From assembly GCA_963693365.1 (NCBI GenBank), contig CAVNZM010000003.1:2196768-2260767 (forward strand): a stretch of DNA of 64,000 nucleotides, given 5' to 3'. Below the pieces are notes generated by a model. The model searched no databases, was not told where the DNA came from, and saw nothing but the letters and a program-made list of their open reading frames with translations. Shown in pieces: positions 32,612 through 47,099 of the stretch. This DNA is from Amoebidium appalachense. Its lineage: Eukaryota > Protista > Ichthyosporea. Positions within the stretch are counted from its first letter, which is position 1. Every line of letters starts with the position of its first letter. A program made the translations under genes and the position numbers.

Positions 32612-35600
32612 AAGGGGGTGGCAGGAGGGGGGGTGATCAGCTGTTAGTGTGTGTGTGTGCGCGCGGGGAAGGGGGGGGGGGGGGGGGAGGAGGGGGGAGG
32701 GGGGGGAACGTGGGTGTTTCTGTATGCTTGTGCCTGTATGCCTGTTCCTGCGTGTGTGGTTGAGTGCAGTGTTTGTGTGCCCCTGCGTTGGGGTGCATGT
32801 GGGTGCGTGTGTGTGTATGTGTATGTGTGTGTGTGTGCATGTGGGTCCGCGGGTGGATGCATGCAAGCGCAGTTGCGCGCTCGCGCGCATGCGTGAGCGT
32901 GGTTGTTGTTGTTTTTTTCTGTGTTTGCAGCTGTGATTGCCCAACCGCTTGTTTATTCTTGTGTTCAACTTAGGCTGTGTGTATGCCGTGCTTGTTGGTG
33001 CCCAAGGGCCTGGATATGTCTGCGCGTGCAGGTGCGCCACACATGTATGTACGCCTTCGTGTACGCACGAGCTATCGTAAACAAATGGAATGTACGCGCC
33101 TGATTATGCATGTCCATGCGCTTACACACAGAAAAGTGCTAAGATACAAATTAAAACCCAGTTATGAGCTCACCTGGTGGTTTCTTTTTCGATGAATCCT
33201 CCAAACCTCTTAAATATCACACTTGGAATTGGAGAATCGTGGAAGCTCTGTAGAAGTACTTTTGCTTTCTAGCCAACGGTCCTCGAGCACAGTGTCTTGC
33301 TGGGCTTATCTTGCGAAGCAATACTTCCGATGAACGTCAAGTTGAAAGAAACGAAGGGTGAATGTCTTCGGAATGCAGACCAAGCGGAAGGATGTGTACT
33401 TGAATGGAATCCTAGCGAGAAGGATTAACAGTATTTGAGATGGCCAAAAATGAACGTACGTGTACTAAGGTAAACGGAGAACATCTAATCTAATACTAAT
33501 ATGTTACCTTTGTAGGACGGTATATACGCAGGAGCCTGAAGGCAGGGTAACTTGGATTTGCTTACCAGCTCGCTAATCGCTTTATCATATTTCTACTCTC
33601 CAAACCCGTTAAAAAACAGTGCGTTGAGCCTGAACTTCTCGAAAACCAAGGCAGCTCTGAAACGGCCGTTCGAAAAGAAAATAAAGACAGCCGACTCGAC
33701 TGAGCCGAGCCAAATTTTCTTTGTTCCTGTACGGTTTCGGTTTGCTTCGCTCTGGTTCGAAATTCCAGCGACAAGATAATGATTGGCTTAACGCGCATCG
33801 TTGTGAGCCACGAGGAGAAAATAGCTTTACCCAATTTTAGTTATATATTGCATACTCTGATTCGCTCACTAAAACTGTGACAGGCGTCGCCGACTCGCCG
33901 CGTCATGATAGGCGGCCATGGCATAGCGAAATGTCTACAGCTCTCATCGACCCCGGGGTCCCCGTCACGCCGTGACACACAAGGCTACACACATGTACAG
34001 TATGCACATACAAGCACACGCTGAGCATACACCCTTACTTTCCAAGTCTTCAAACCCGTGTCTCTGTTTGGTTCAGGCAAAATATGTACTACATCGGACC
34101 ACGTGCCCAGTGTGTACACGTGTAGATCGATGTCAATGTGATGAGCCCGGGCCGAAACCATTGCTACGGACCACTCTACTGAGAGCAGTGAGGTTGATTC
34201 AATCAAATTTGTGCCAGAGACATATATACATAGCCTCGCGAGGACTAAGCTTTGATGGCCATGCAACCAAGCTTATTGGTTGCAGGTTCCCGCGGCCGGG
34301 CCTATTTAGAAGCTGCTCTGCTCCCTGGCAGTCGACGTCCGGATCCCCTCACTCTCTCTTTCCGTGACTTTGAAATTCTCTGCCCTGTCAGGCGGTCCCT
34401 TTTTAAAGCCCCCGTACCCCCCTCTTTCCTTCCCCACATTCTTCTATAATACTGACACTCATTTTACTCACATAGACCATACAGTACATTACTGTACTGT
34501 GCTGCGGTACACTTCCCCCCCCCCCCCCCCCTCACCGGTACCCAGGGAGCTGGCTAGGGGGTCATCACAGGTAGACTCACTCCAGGTGTCCTTATAAACT
34601 CCTCCTCCTTGTGGGGTCCACAAAGATGCATTGCTTAGTAAGTTTTTTTCTCTTGACTGGGATTTATTGATCAGTGGTCCAGTGGATATGAGGGCAACGT
34701 GCAGCCACAGGCTACATGACCACCAAAATAACCGACTTCGAAAGAGCCACAGCGATGAAATAAAAAATAAAACAACAAGTGACCAAAGGACACCAGCGGG
34801 CAAAGGTACAAGTGCACGTGTATGCGTGAAACTAGTTTGCTCCAACTAGTCATATGCAGCGATGATGACCATGCCACACTCCGCAAGAAGACATCATTAC
34901 TGCTGCTCCCCAACAGGCCCCCCTCAAAACCTACCGGGGCACAGCAAGCAAGTCAGCCCTTTAAAGAGCAATGCAGACCAAATCCGAGCGAGAAAACAAT
35001 CCCCACGGGCCCTCCCCCTAGAAAGCCCGCAGAAGCTGTCTCTAACTGTTTGATAAGGTGGCCTAGTTGTGGCAGGACACACAGGAAAACACAACTACAG
35101 AATGCATGCAAGCAAACCCAGTCATTGCCATACTGCTGAAGGCTGAAAACACGGCAGCCACAAGGAAAGCTCCTCGACGACCCAGGCTACCCCTCCACTC
35201 ACGCAGCGCAGAAGCAGTTGAAGAAGTTGCAGCAGCCCACCGCCAATAACTCGCGTAGAAGCGTAGATAGCGTGTAGAAGTCACCGTAAGTTGCAGTGGG
35301 CCACCAGATGTCGAAGAAACCACTCCTCAAGCGAGAAACTCCACGAAAGGGAGATGTCCCCACACTCTCACAACAGCAGGAATAGACAAGGCCGCACTAC
35401 ACACACACAGTGTCACGTTCCCCTGAGTGGGACCCCTTCCCACCACAAAAAGAAAAAACGAAAGCCTTTATATACCTGCCATAGTAAAGAATCGGGAAAA
35501 AAAGTTGACGTGACAGCTAAGAGATCGAAGTAAAAGTGAAGTCCACCGGTTGTCACATAATATCCTTTCCACGTGCCCTCGAAAACAATGTATATTCGTG

Positions 35601-36441
35601 TGCAGTTTTCTTAGTATATCCTATATCACTGTATTGATATCACTGCCATCATGACAGTATATACGGGCCTTTCAGGCTCACCTCAGTTAAATTTGATTCA
35701 GAAGGGAAGGAAGGCCGTTTCCGAAACTTTTAGAAGAAGTTGGCCGTGGTGCAGATACACAACTAACTCAAACTGTGTCAGCCTAGCATCTAGGAGACTC
35801 CATGCTTTGATTCACGTGCCCGTGCTGAAGTGGAGATCCAACACTACTAATGGCTTTGATAATTTGCAGTATTTTTTGGACAAATAAAAGGCATTTAGGT
35901 GCGTTTGTGGTAATATGGATTTATCCGGGTTTTGAGGTAGGTGGACGTGTGTGTACATATGTGTGTATGTGGGTGTGTAGGTCGGTGGGTGGGTGGGTGG
36001 GTGGTGGTGGGGGGAGGGGGGGGGGGGGGGGGGGAGGAAGGGAGGGAGGGGGGAAGGAGGTAGGGGGAGGAAGGGTAAATTCGGCCTATGTGCACGTGTG
36101 TTATGTGCATCAATTGTAAGGGGATGGAGGAGTCTTGGTGAAATAGGGAGGGGGGCCGGGGAGACCTTCCGGAGGGGCAGGGGGCGGGGCGGGGGGGGGG
36201 GGGGGGGGGGGGGGGCGGGGGAGGGCCCGGGGAGGGGGGGGGAGGGGGGGGGGGGGGAGGAGGAGGAGAATGGTTTCGGACTTGCATTACGATTAGACTA
36301 ATAAATATTCTGAGAAGTGTGTTCAATTAAAGCCGTTACACCCTTTTTTCTCCTCACTGAACGGATGCCGTAACCCGTCAATTGGGAGGTTTTTTCAAAG
36401 TACTCTCTGGCAGCTTTTGTTTTTTATTTTATCCTTTTTTT

Positions 36442-36498
<57 letters not shown>

Positions 36499-37195
36499 AT
36501 ATCCGAGGGCAGGATTTGTGCACAGCAAACTTTTGCAATGCAGCCCAATTCGAATGCAGAATCCGTGTGAAACAACCGTAAAATCTCATGTACCGCAAGA
36601 GTATAGTAACCGATTTTCCCCTAATCAAGCCCCACAATCTGAATCAGTCAGAAGAATGCACAATGGCTTGCTATTAAGTGGGTGGCTATTTCAGGCTAGT
36701 ACTGAGCTGGTATGCCTCGTGCAACTATCGTCTAAGACGGTGTGGTAGCCGAGGCCGCTTGAGTTCAGCAAGAATGGTGATAGCGATAGACCACATGAAT
36801 GCAACAAATGTGCTCGGGAAGTTGCAGGCCACCCAAAATCGTAGCAAAAAGTTTTGCAGATGCATTACGCACACCGAATTCGAACGTTTCGATGATTCTT
36901 TCTTGGTAATACGATTTTAGATCTGTGTACTTGAAACGACACTTCAAGAACCCAGTTTACTAGCTTTAGTCAATTCGGTGGTAATGGTAGGCACTATAGC
37001 TTCTAAGAGGTGAACCATCAGGAATACTTTCAAAAAGTTTGAAAGGTCAGATGAAAAAAGCTTAAACAGAAAAAGAGAGAAAAGAGTAAAAAGGGAGCTC
37101 TAATTTTTAGTTTTTGAAGTAGTACGGGGTTTTCTAGCTTTATGCCCCTCCCCCCCCCCCCCCCCTAGTTTTTAAATAATTACGGGTTTTATTTT

Positions 37196-37231
<36 letters not shown>

Positions 37232-37351
37232 CTGCCGCCAAAGAAAAGCTTCGGGGGAAGGGGGAGGGGAGGGGGGGGGGGGGGAGGGGAGTTGCGGGGC
37301 AAAACAAACCCCGTACTTGTTCAAACCCCCCCCCCCCCCCCCGCACACACA

Positions 37352-37436
<85 letters not shown>

Positions 37437-37710
37437 ACACACACACAAACACACACACCGTGCACACACACATACACAAGCCCACACACACTCCGTTCCT
37501 TTCTCTGTCTCCTAACTGCCTGCCACCTGGTCCCATTTCCTCCATCCAGTCTCCTTCCCCTTGTTCTCTTTTTCTATTCCCTTTTTACCCAAATCGACCA
37601 TAAAGTACAATGCCACAGTGTGTTGTGGTACCCCCACCTCCCCTCCCCATCTCCCCCCCTTCCCCCTAAGGCGAGGGATAGCCTCGGTGAAGGAGGGAGG
37701 ACTCGACCCA

Positions 37711-37778
<68 letters not shown>

Positions 37779-38356
37779 GATCCAGGTTTTGCATGTATCA
37801 TCAGGCTATCATCGTAATAGACGTGTGTTCAATTATAACCGTTACACCTTTGTTTCTGTTCACTGACGCCCGCACGCATGCCCTTGCCCGCACACACACA
37901 CACACGTACCCACCCTGCCCACCAAAAAAACGGTGTGAAAAGCTCTTTTGTTTCGGAATCAGGACAGGCATCCTAGGCTGAACTTCACGGTAGGGACCAG
38001 ATGTATGTGGGGACAGACCAAGGGCCTGCTGGAACTGGCTTGCAATAAGCTCCACCCGTGCAATCCACGACATAATGTTATCTTGTGCAGGATTCGACCA
38101 ATCAAATATGCTGGATGTGCTAGGTGTGTTGACTTGTCGGACTCAAATATTCTGAAAAATGTATCCACAACATTTCACCAATTCAATTCGAGGTTACTAA
38201 GCCCGGCATGTCACGATGTGTTCACAATCCGGGGATACTAGTAAAAAAAAACGGAAGATCAGGTTATAGAATCACTTATGCAAACAGACGACTTAAGTGT
38301 TTACAAACACGGAGGATGATGAAGCCAATAAGTGTAAATACTGCAGCATGCCTTCA

Positions 38357-38389
<33 letters not shown>

Positions 38390-38459
38390 TTCCCACCTTA
38401 CTTCTCTCCCCCCCCCCCCCCCTCTCTCTTCCCCCCCCCCCTCCTCTCCCCGTCTCCCT

Positions 38460-38497
<38 letters not shown>

Positions 38498-38501
38498 CTA
38501 T

Positions 38502-38541
<40 letters not shown>

Positions 38542-38549
38542 ATATATCT

Positions 38550-38599
<50 letters not shown>

Positions 38600-38625
38600 T
38601 GTGTGCGCGTGCGTGTGCCACTCAT

Positions 38626-38682
<57 letters not shown>
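38460..38682. repeat. Compound microsatellite (CT)n-(AT)n-(CT)n-(GT)n-(CT)n
   Basis: Directly visible. Confidence 0.9.
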
Positions 38683-38685
<3 letters not shown>

Positions 38686-39575
38686 CTCCCCCCCTCTCCC
38701 CCCTTCCCCCCTCCCCCCACCCACCCACACCCCTTCCTTTCTCCAAATTTCCCCTAACATCCACCGGCCTTATACACCCCAGCATCATACTTCCCTACAG
38801 CACTGTACGTAAAGCCTTTTATCTCCAACAGTTGCTTTCAACGGCTCGGTCCCCTCCCTCCACCCGCCCCTCTCCCCCCCCCCCCCTCCCCCCTCCCTTG
38901 GGCCCTCCTCACTAAATGCCTGCCTGCACACCAATGAAAAGGTGGACAAAGAAGGAACACAGGGGGAAGGCTGCGCGGGGGGGGGGGGGGGGGGGATGGG
39001 AGGGGAGGAATTGTGCACGGCATTAAGGCATTATCGGATTCGTTCTACCCTAAGTAAAAGCTGTTCCCACAATCAAACTTCCAAAATCATGGTCAAATAG
39101 TTGGTTGTACAGGCCTGGTATCCTATGGGTGGTCAATAATGTTTGTGAGCGCTCATTGACGGCTCTATGATCATGGAGCTTGTTCTGCTCAATCTGCTGA
39201 GCCAAACCTTCATCAATTGAATCACCCCATCATGCATGGCTGAAAGATGTTGTCGAATGCTCGAGGAGCCCATATGTTCTATGTGAAATAAAATGACCCT
39301 GGGGCACTCAACAGTGTACGAAGTTACACAATTATAGGACATGTCAATGTCATGCAAAATGCCAACATCGCCCCTGCGTAGCTATATATAAACCAATAAA
39401 ATGAGCAAGTGGCACTGCTAGCCAAGCATCTTTGAGCATTATTTCGATCTGGTGGAGAGTAAAAGACATCACTCTGTATGTGTGTATGGCAATTCTTGAT
39501 ATCTCCCAGCAATTCGAAGCATGCGGGTACTCAGTGTGTGGGCGGTTGTGGAGGTGGGTGGGAGTCGAGGGAGAG

Positions 39576-39651
<76 letters not shown>

Positions 39652-39977
39652 ATAGAGAGAGAGAGAACGAGAAGAGGAAAAAAATGATGTTCTGTGCAAT
39701 GAAGGGCAAATACGAGGGAGAGGGAGAGGGACGAATATGGTATATGTTCCATCTCTCTACCGGCTCCCGGGCGGAATGCATATGCCAAACATCCGTAAGT
39801 TATATGTTAGTAGCCAGTCCAGCTGACATATCACATTTTCAGACAAATAGCACCTTCACGCAATTCTTTAAGAAGCTTCAGTTACCAGATCTATCGTCAC
39901 CTTCATATCTAAAACGCTTGTTGGTTGGGTGATTGGTGCTTTTGTGTGTGCGTGCATGTGTGCATGTGTGCATGTGT

Positions 39978-40037
<60 letters not shown>

Positions 40038-40462
40038 GCACATGCGTTGTTTGGGGGGGGGGGGGGGGGGGGGTTGCAATCAACAGCTAAATAAGTCTAG
40101 GTTCAAGGCATAGCTGACAAAGTTTATGCAAGAATAAACGATGTTCTAGCCTATGCTGGAATGTATAGCCTATAAAGAGCCTTTGCAATGCTCACAAGTA
40201 TTACACAGTATTTTACCATAGTATATCTCACACATTTTAGATATCTCCCGTCACCTTGATACACAACATGACTTCTTCACATATCTGCTGCCTACATTAT
40301 ACATATACCACCAATCACATTCAAGTTTGCTTGTCTCAATTATTTAAATATTCCTACTTTTTTGTGTGTTTTATAAAACTTGTGTACCAATAAGAGAATC
40401 ATGGCTTGCAGTACAGAAAGCATTTCATCTGTTTATGTATGTCGGATGTCAACAGTAAATCC

Positions 40463-41648
40463 TTATGCATGCGGGGTTAAGGTAAGCGTAGGAGCTACCC
40501 TATTTCCACAAAGCATATAGTTATCGTATATAGCATGCACTGTCTGATTAGGTGCCCAATCCTGGCCGATACCGCCGAAAAACGACGTAAACATAAATTG
40601 ATCAATAGCGAATTGGTCCGTACGCCGCCATACCATGTTTGGCCTGGACACCACGTGATCTCCATCGAACCACGTGTCTAGAATCCCGTCTGTCTCGTTG
40701 GGCGTGTTCATTCGAATCCGCACGAGAACGTGGTGCCATTGCCCCGGGATGAACGTCCTGCGATAAATCATGTCAGAAAAATTGAAGGAAAAGGGGGGGG
40801 GGGGGGGGGGACTTTGTGTGGAGGTATTTAACCTGCGTATGGGTGAGCAGACGCGGATGTTCAAGGATTAGGTAGGGGGAGGAGTTGTGTGAATGCAACC
40901 GAAAGATGTGTCCTAGTCTAGTTAATAGAGGAGAGGAGATCAGCTATTAGGAGTGATTGCAATCATGGAGCTGGGGTGCAGGCATGTGAACCCAGAAGAG
41001 GGAGAGGTGGGAGGGGGGTGGGTGGGTGGGGGGGGGGGGGGGGGGGGGGGGGGGAGGGAGGGGGGGGGGGCAGGACAGGGGAGAAGTGTGATAGCTGATC
41101 GGTGAGCGTGTTTGTGTGTGTGTGTGCGTGTGTGCGCGCGTGCACGTGTGCTCCTGTGCAAGTGTGTGTGTCTTGGTGTACTCGCACGCCAGTGTGTGAA
41201 ACATGTCTGCAACAATAAAAAAAAGGAAGACCAAAAACGGAAAAGAGAGAGAGAGAAAAGAAAAACGACAACACACCTGTTTGCAAGGGCATTCTCGCCC
41301 TCCCCGTTCGATTTTACTTCCTGGTCCGTGTAGTAGAGATAGTTCATGGCCGACCCATGTTGCCGCCACATATAGGCCGAGTTGAACCCATCAAAGCCCG
41401 TCGGTATACCGTTTGCCGTTTGACACGTCCCACCACACAGGCCACCTGCCAGCTTCCCGCCCTTCACAAAGACGAAATTGTGGGACAAGCGGACGAAAAA
41501 GCCAAGGTAGGCCTCTTGCAGGGGTGGCGAAATCTGCATGAATGAAAATGTGAGCTTTTGAAAGATAACTGTGTTGATATGGAGGCGAAACAGAAAAGAA
41601 AACGAAGAGGGAAACAGAGATATGGATGACGAACAGGTGTGTGTGTGT

Positions 41649-41687
<39 letters not shown>

Positions 41688-42169
41688 AGGGGGAGGGGGC
41701 AGCCGACATTTTGTGGCGGCGAGGGGGGGGGGAGGGGAGGGGAAATGGATGGAGGGGAAGGGGGGGGGGGGGGGAGGGGGGAAGGGGAGAGACAGGGCAG
41801 CCTGCTTTACCTGTGATCTGAAGCGCACGGTGCACTTGAACCCAACACATGCCTCATTGTACACGACCTTGAGACCTCTAGTCATGTTGTACCCCATGGT
41901 GTACTGCAGGGCTGACCAATTCCCCTGGGCGGGTTTTTTCGGGTTTTCCGGACCGAAATCCGCAATCATTTGGTCGTAGGTGTATTGGGCACGGTAGGAC
42001 CCATAGCCTGCCGTGAGGTTGTCAAAGTCCACTGAAATGACTTGTTCGGTGCCGGCTGGGCAGTGAGCTGTAGATGGATTTGAGTGTGTGTTGTGCATGT
42101 GTGTGCGTGTTTGTGTAAGGGGGGGGGGGGATGGTTTTTGTTTTTGTGTTTGTGTTTGTGTGTGTTTGT

Positions 42170-42212
<43 letters not shown>

Positions 42213-42925
42213 CACGAGATGTTAGAGTGATTCGGGGGTTATGGGGATGAAAATGGAGGTAAAGGTGCAGTGCACAAAAAAAAAAAAAAAAAAGAAAGAA
42301 CAGCCCAGCAAGCAGCCAAGAAGAGGAAATGGTTGAGATTTCAGTACACGTGGTTGAGAGGGGGGAGGAGAGCAGAGCTGGAAATGGGCCCACACCGAAC
42401 AGAGCGAGATAATGGAAAAGAATGGAAAGCAAGGGCTGAAACACCAGAAACTGGCAAGGGGCCAGCTCGTATAAAGCAACACTTCAGGCCTAAGATTCGA
42501 AGAACCCACTTTCTGCCAAGATCTACACACACACACACACACACACAGGCTCCACCAAAAAAGTCATTCAACCAGACCAAGCAAGCTTCTTCGGCCTAAT
42601 TACCTTTGCAAGCACACAACCGACACGGGCAGGAATCTGGTGTCGGGTTCGGCAAGCCACATCGTTGCTGGCACCATTCGTCAGAAACATCTGCTCCATA
42701 AATTGATGCATAGCCAAGGCCAGGCCCACCACACACGCGTGTGCCATTACGACACGTTGGCATGTTTTCCGACGTGGCAATGTATGAGAGATAGTCTTCA
42801 AAGGCGTCAACTGAGCGAATTCTCCTTGAAACACTCCGACAAGCAACCCCTAGGTGAAGGGAGGAAAAGCACAAGAACACCAGTGCATAGGCACCCAAAC
42901 TGGGTATGTCGGACGGGTAAGACAT
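40463..42925 (-). CDS. Secreted polysaccharide lyase family 14-like protein (alginate lyase-type) with an N-terminal Cys-rich module. Exons: 42925-42604, 42067-41811, 41533-41277, 40757-40463
   Basis: Signal-like MSYPSDIPSLGAYALVFLCFSSLHLGVAC. PL14-type motifs: YLGFFVRLSHNFVFVKGGKLAGGLCGG, GFNSAYMWR, NYLY, FIPGQWHHVLVRIRMNTP..TDG, FTSFFGG...WA. There are three in-phase GT-AG introns. Confidence 0.85.
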
Positions 42926-44598
42926 TTTGAGAGCGTTGATGCCTTTGAGGGATGTGTGGCTAAACATAGAACTCGTAGACCATGTGGGTTGATGTGACGA
43001 AAGAGAACTTATGCAGTGTTGGTGTATGCATACCCAAAAGCGAGGCCTTGGTGGCTAAGAGAGTTGCTTGGCACCTTTCCCTCTCAGATTGAATGTGCGT
43101 TGCACCTGAAAACTCTCGAACGTGTAAACTCGTTGTGGTTCAAAAAAACAATACCCAGGCTGCAAAGAGACTCTTGTTTTGAGAGAAGCCGCAAGGGAGA
43201 TTCTTGAAGCAAAAACTTGTGTGTTGGCGTTTTGTGTTCACGCGGGCTTCTATAATTCGACTCACCAGATGACTGTCGCTACGTTATAACGTTATAGTCC
43301 CGCCACTACGTTTGCTCCAAAAGAATACTCTTAGAAGACACCTACTCTCAATACCTAAGAGCAAAGGACAGTAGCTACCAGTCGTAGAGGTCGCATAATA
43401 CCAACCAAAGTTGGCAAGCTGGCAGAATCTGCACAAGGCAAGATGTCAAAATTCAGGTTGTCTTTCAGAGGTTTCCGCACGTACTTTCCTATATACCTTC
43501 TCAATAGTATAAGGAAAACCCTTTCAGTGTGAAGTTTAGAAGCCGTGACGGCACATGTAGAAAGATTAGTCTATAAATTGCGTACCATTCAATCGATTTA
43601 CATAACTCAGGTATGTCATGTAAGTATTGTTTCAATGCTAAGATGACCAAAATGACGTAAGAAAATCCGTCATATGTTTGCGGACTAGCCAAGCGCCAAA
43701 CATTGTGCGATGTTTTGAGAATCACAGATGGCAAGTCAACAGAGAATCCAATCAGAGCTGGCTGCGGGAGAGTTCCCCCTACACAACATGTGGGGGAAGT
43801 AGAAACCCCCACCGAGTTAGTCTTTCGCATTGTGAAGATCTTTTCCCCACTATAACAAATAGCTTTTCCCCCATAAAATACTTTGAAATGCTAATAATAA
43901 TGTGCCAAAATAATATGCACGATTGAGAGAAGGGCCGGAGCGGCGGAGGGAGTCTGAAGCTCGTATTACAGTATATATCTCAAAGATGTAATGATTTCAA
44001 TTGTCTAGATCTAAATGCATTTGCATATGCATATATAGTTTTGGAGATCCTCAGTGTTGTCGCAATTATGTCAGAACTTCAGGATGGAGTAGAAAGGGGA
44101 GCATTTTCTACTGAATTGGAAGTGGCAGCCGCACAAAGGCTGGTGTCAACAATTGGAAGTGCACCTTTTTTGAATTGCGACTTGCGAGATCAAAGCAAGT
44201 CTCACATTTTCGGATAGCAGCCAACTATGAGCCCCCAAGCGGGGCTATTTAGGAGGCTCTTTTTCGCCATCGAGTGCGCTATTTTGATTGGCGTATGAAC
44301 TGTCACCAGCCAATCGGACAGGGTCAGAAAATAAAAAAATTCCCGGGCCTGGCAGGGTGTGAACTTCCTCCGGTACGGCTTCGGACACTCTATGAAAGTT
44401 TGTTAGTGCCATAATAGGTCCACAAACCGGTTTGGGGTGTTCCTTTACATATTTGAGCTACGTGGGGCCACTGGCTTAGAAATCAATTTAGCCTCGTGAT
44501 GTGATCTGAAGAAGTTAGGAACATTTCACTTGCTTCTGCCTTAGAAGGTTCTTCTGTGGCCGTCAATTTCACGCCCTGCAACGCCTGGGGGGGAGAGA

Positions 44599-44667
<69 letters not shown>

Positions 44668-45444
44668 GGGGGGGAAAGGGGGGAGAGGCAAGGGGGGGGG
44701 GGGGGGGGGGGGGGGGGGATGCACACACACAGGCCAAACATGCATACACACACGCATGCGGGCCCGCACGCACCCATTGTCACGCATCACGTACATATTG
44801 CAACACGTGCATTGTACAAATATAAAGGCACTGTGTCACAAGTACGTACACACATGTGCACACACACGCACACGCGCGCACGCACACACACACACGCACG
44901 CACACACAAACATACACACACACACACACACACACCCCCCCCCCCACACACACACACATGTACACACCCACGCACACACACACGTGCACACTGTCACACA
45001 CATTGCGCTTAGCGCTCACGCACACGCAGCCACACATGCACGCGCGCACACACGTACACAGACACCTAGATGCACACGCACACATACACACGTACACATA
45101 TGCACACGCACACATCCACACGTGCCCATCGTGGCACACACACACACACACGTCACAACATGCATCATACTACACTGTACATGTGATCTATTCATCACTA
45201 TCATGGCTACTCCGTCACACGCACGTGCACAACCATCGTCACGATGGATCACATAGCAACAAACACGCATAATACACACACGCTCACTTGAAACACACAT
45301 GCACAAACACACACACAAACACACGAGCACACACACGCACACACACACAGACCCACACACACATGTAGATCGACGCACGCACACGAATCGAATATGGCGG
45401 TTGTATTGCACGCACACGCACACACACTGAAACACACACACACA

Positions 45445-45522
45445 CGTCTAGCCTACTAAGTATGGCAAACAGACCAAATCGCCTCGAGTCGATCTGCTCT
45501 GTTTGCCATACTAGGCTAGACG
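45445..45522. other. 78-bp imperfect palindrome / hairpin
   Basis: The left arm CGTCTAGCCT(ACTA)AGTATGGCAAACAGACCAAATCGCCTC pairs with the right arm GAGTCGATCTGCTCTGTTTGCCATACTAGGCTAGACG, with one 4-nt bulge and 3 mismatches. Confidence 0.9.
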
Positions 45523-47099
45523 AGGGTCGTTGGCGTCCTCTCTACAAGCTATTAGTTAGTATCATCAGCGCTTCCAACCCCCCCCCCCCCCCCCCCCTCT
45601 CTCTTCCCCCTTTAACCCCCACGTATGCGCGATAGTACCATGATGCCCAAATTGAGTGCTGCCCTTATTACAGGTAGATAGGTAGAGGGGGGGGGGGGGA
45701 GAGGGGGGGGGGGGGGGGGGGGGTGGCTGTCTCTACTGAATTAAGTTAACACTGATTTAAATACATCAAATGTTCTAAATAAGCATTCGCCAAATTGAGC
45801 GAACTCGGTGATTTCCCTCTTCTAACATTCTAAATGCGTTGGAATCCACGGTACCCCTTTCCCCCCCCCCCCCCCCCCCCCCGCCCCTCACCCCCCATCC
45901 ACTCTCGGTGCAGTACCGTGGGTGCATATCGTGCCGTCTGCTTGCAAAACTCCTCAAAAATGTAGCTCAGTGCATGTCCCTATTATTAGACACGCCATTA
46001 TGCCATAGAGGGTCACGGAAAGGGGGCTGGTTCGGCCGGGATGGAGTCGGGGTGAGAGGGAACAGGTGCGTGTGGTGGTGGTGGTGTTTGAAGACTCCGG
46101 GGGGGAGGTGGGGGGGGGGGGGGGGAAGGCAGCGTGTTTCATGATAGGTCATTTTGCGAATAAAAGAATCCCAAAACTAAGCCGTGGATTTCTTTTAGAG
46201 ACAGGCAGGCCCGGCCCGCTTACACATGTTAGGCTTGTGCGCTAGCGTTGTTTGAACTTACGTGGTTGGAATCGCCAAGATGAACGGTATCTGTAGCTAG
46301 TCACCAGAGTAGGTTCACATTGGACTCTTTGCTTTGAAATCCCTATAACATGGACCCTGTAAACAGAACCCCCTCCCCCTCCCCCCCCCCTTCCCCCCCC
46401 CCCCCCCCCCCCTCCCCCTCTCCCCCCCTCCCCTCCTCACCTCCCCCCTCCCCTCTCCCCCCCCCACCCCCACCCCCTCCTCATCCCTCCCCTCATATTC
46501 CCCCGACATGCTACTCTTGGCTCTCTTTTCATCAAAATGTCGGTTACTGCTATTTCATGTTCAAATATTTCGCTACTAGGCAATATGTCAACAATTGTTT
46601 ACTAACAAATACACACCTGGCCTATCCGCCACATAAATGACAGCTACTAAAACTCGGCTTTTCAAACTGAGGGACATGGACTAACTTCTCGTAGGTATTC
46701 GTGACCGGAAGCTCGTCCCATTACTGGGTATGTATAAGCTTATACCTTATCAACATTTCGAAGGTTATGACCCTGTTTAAAATGTGAATAAGGAAAACAG
46801 TTTACATATGTGTACACTGTGCGCGTGTGTGTGTCACTGTGTAGGGAGAGTGAGTAGCCTTGAGCTTAGACGGATAGCAAGAAAAGCAGAGGCATATCCA
46901 GCGAGAGAACAACTCAGTAATTAAGGGAGGACGGATATGTGGGCAACAGTTTGTGTGACTGCAGTGACTCAGAAGTGCATACTACAGCATGCTCTACGTA
47001 GCCTGTGTGTCTCAGATTGCATTGTTAAACGTGCTCCGTACCATTTCACAGTGTGTGTTCACGTTGTGCTCATAATGTGACAAAAATGCCACCACCGTC

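Noticed and set aside
33750-33770. GGTTCGAAATTCC, a B-box/tRNA T-loop-like motif
   Set aside because: No cloverleaf or A-box could be built around it.
34489-39357. Short non-repetitive ORFs at 34.5-35.3, 36.7-36.9, 37.9-38.2 and 39.1-39.4 kb
   Set aside because: There are no recognisable motifs and no consistent splice chain. A divergent or decayed gene cannot be excluded.
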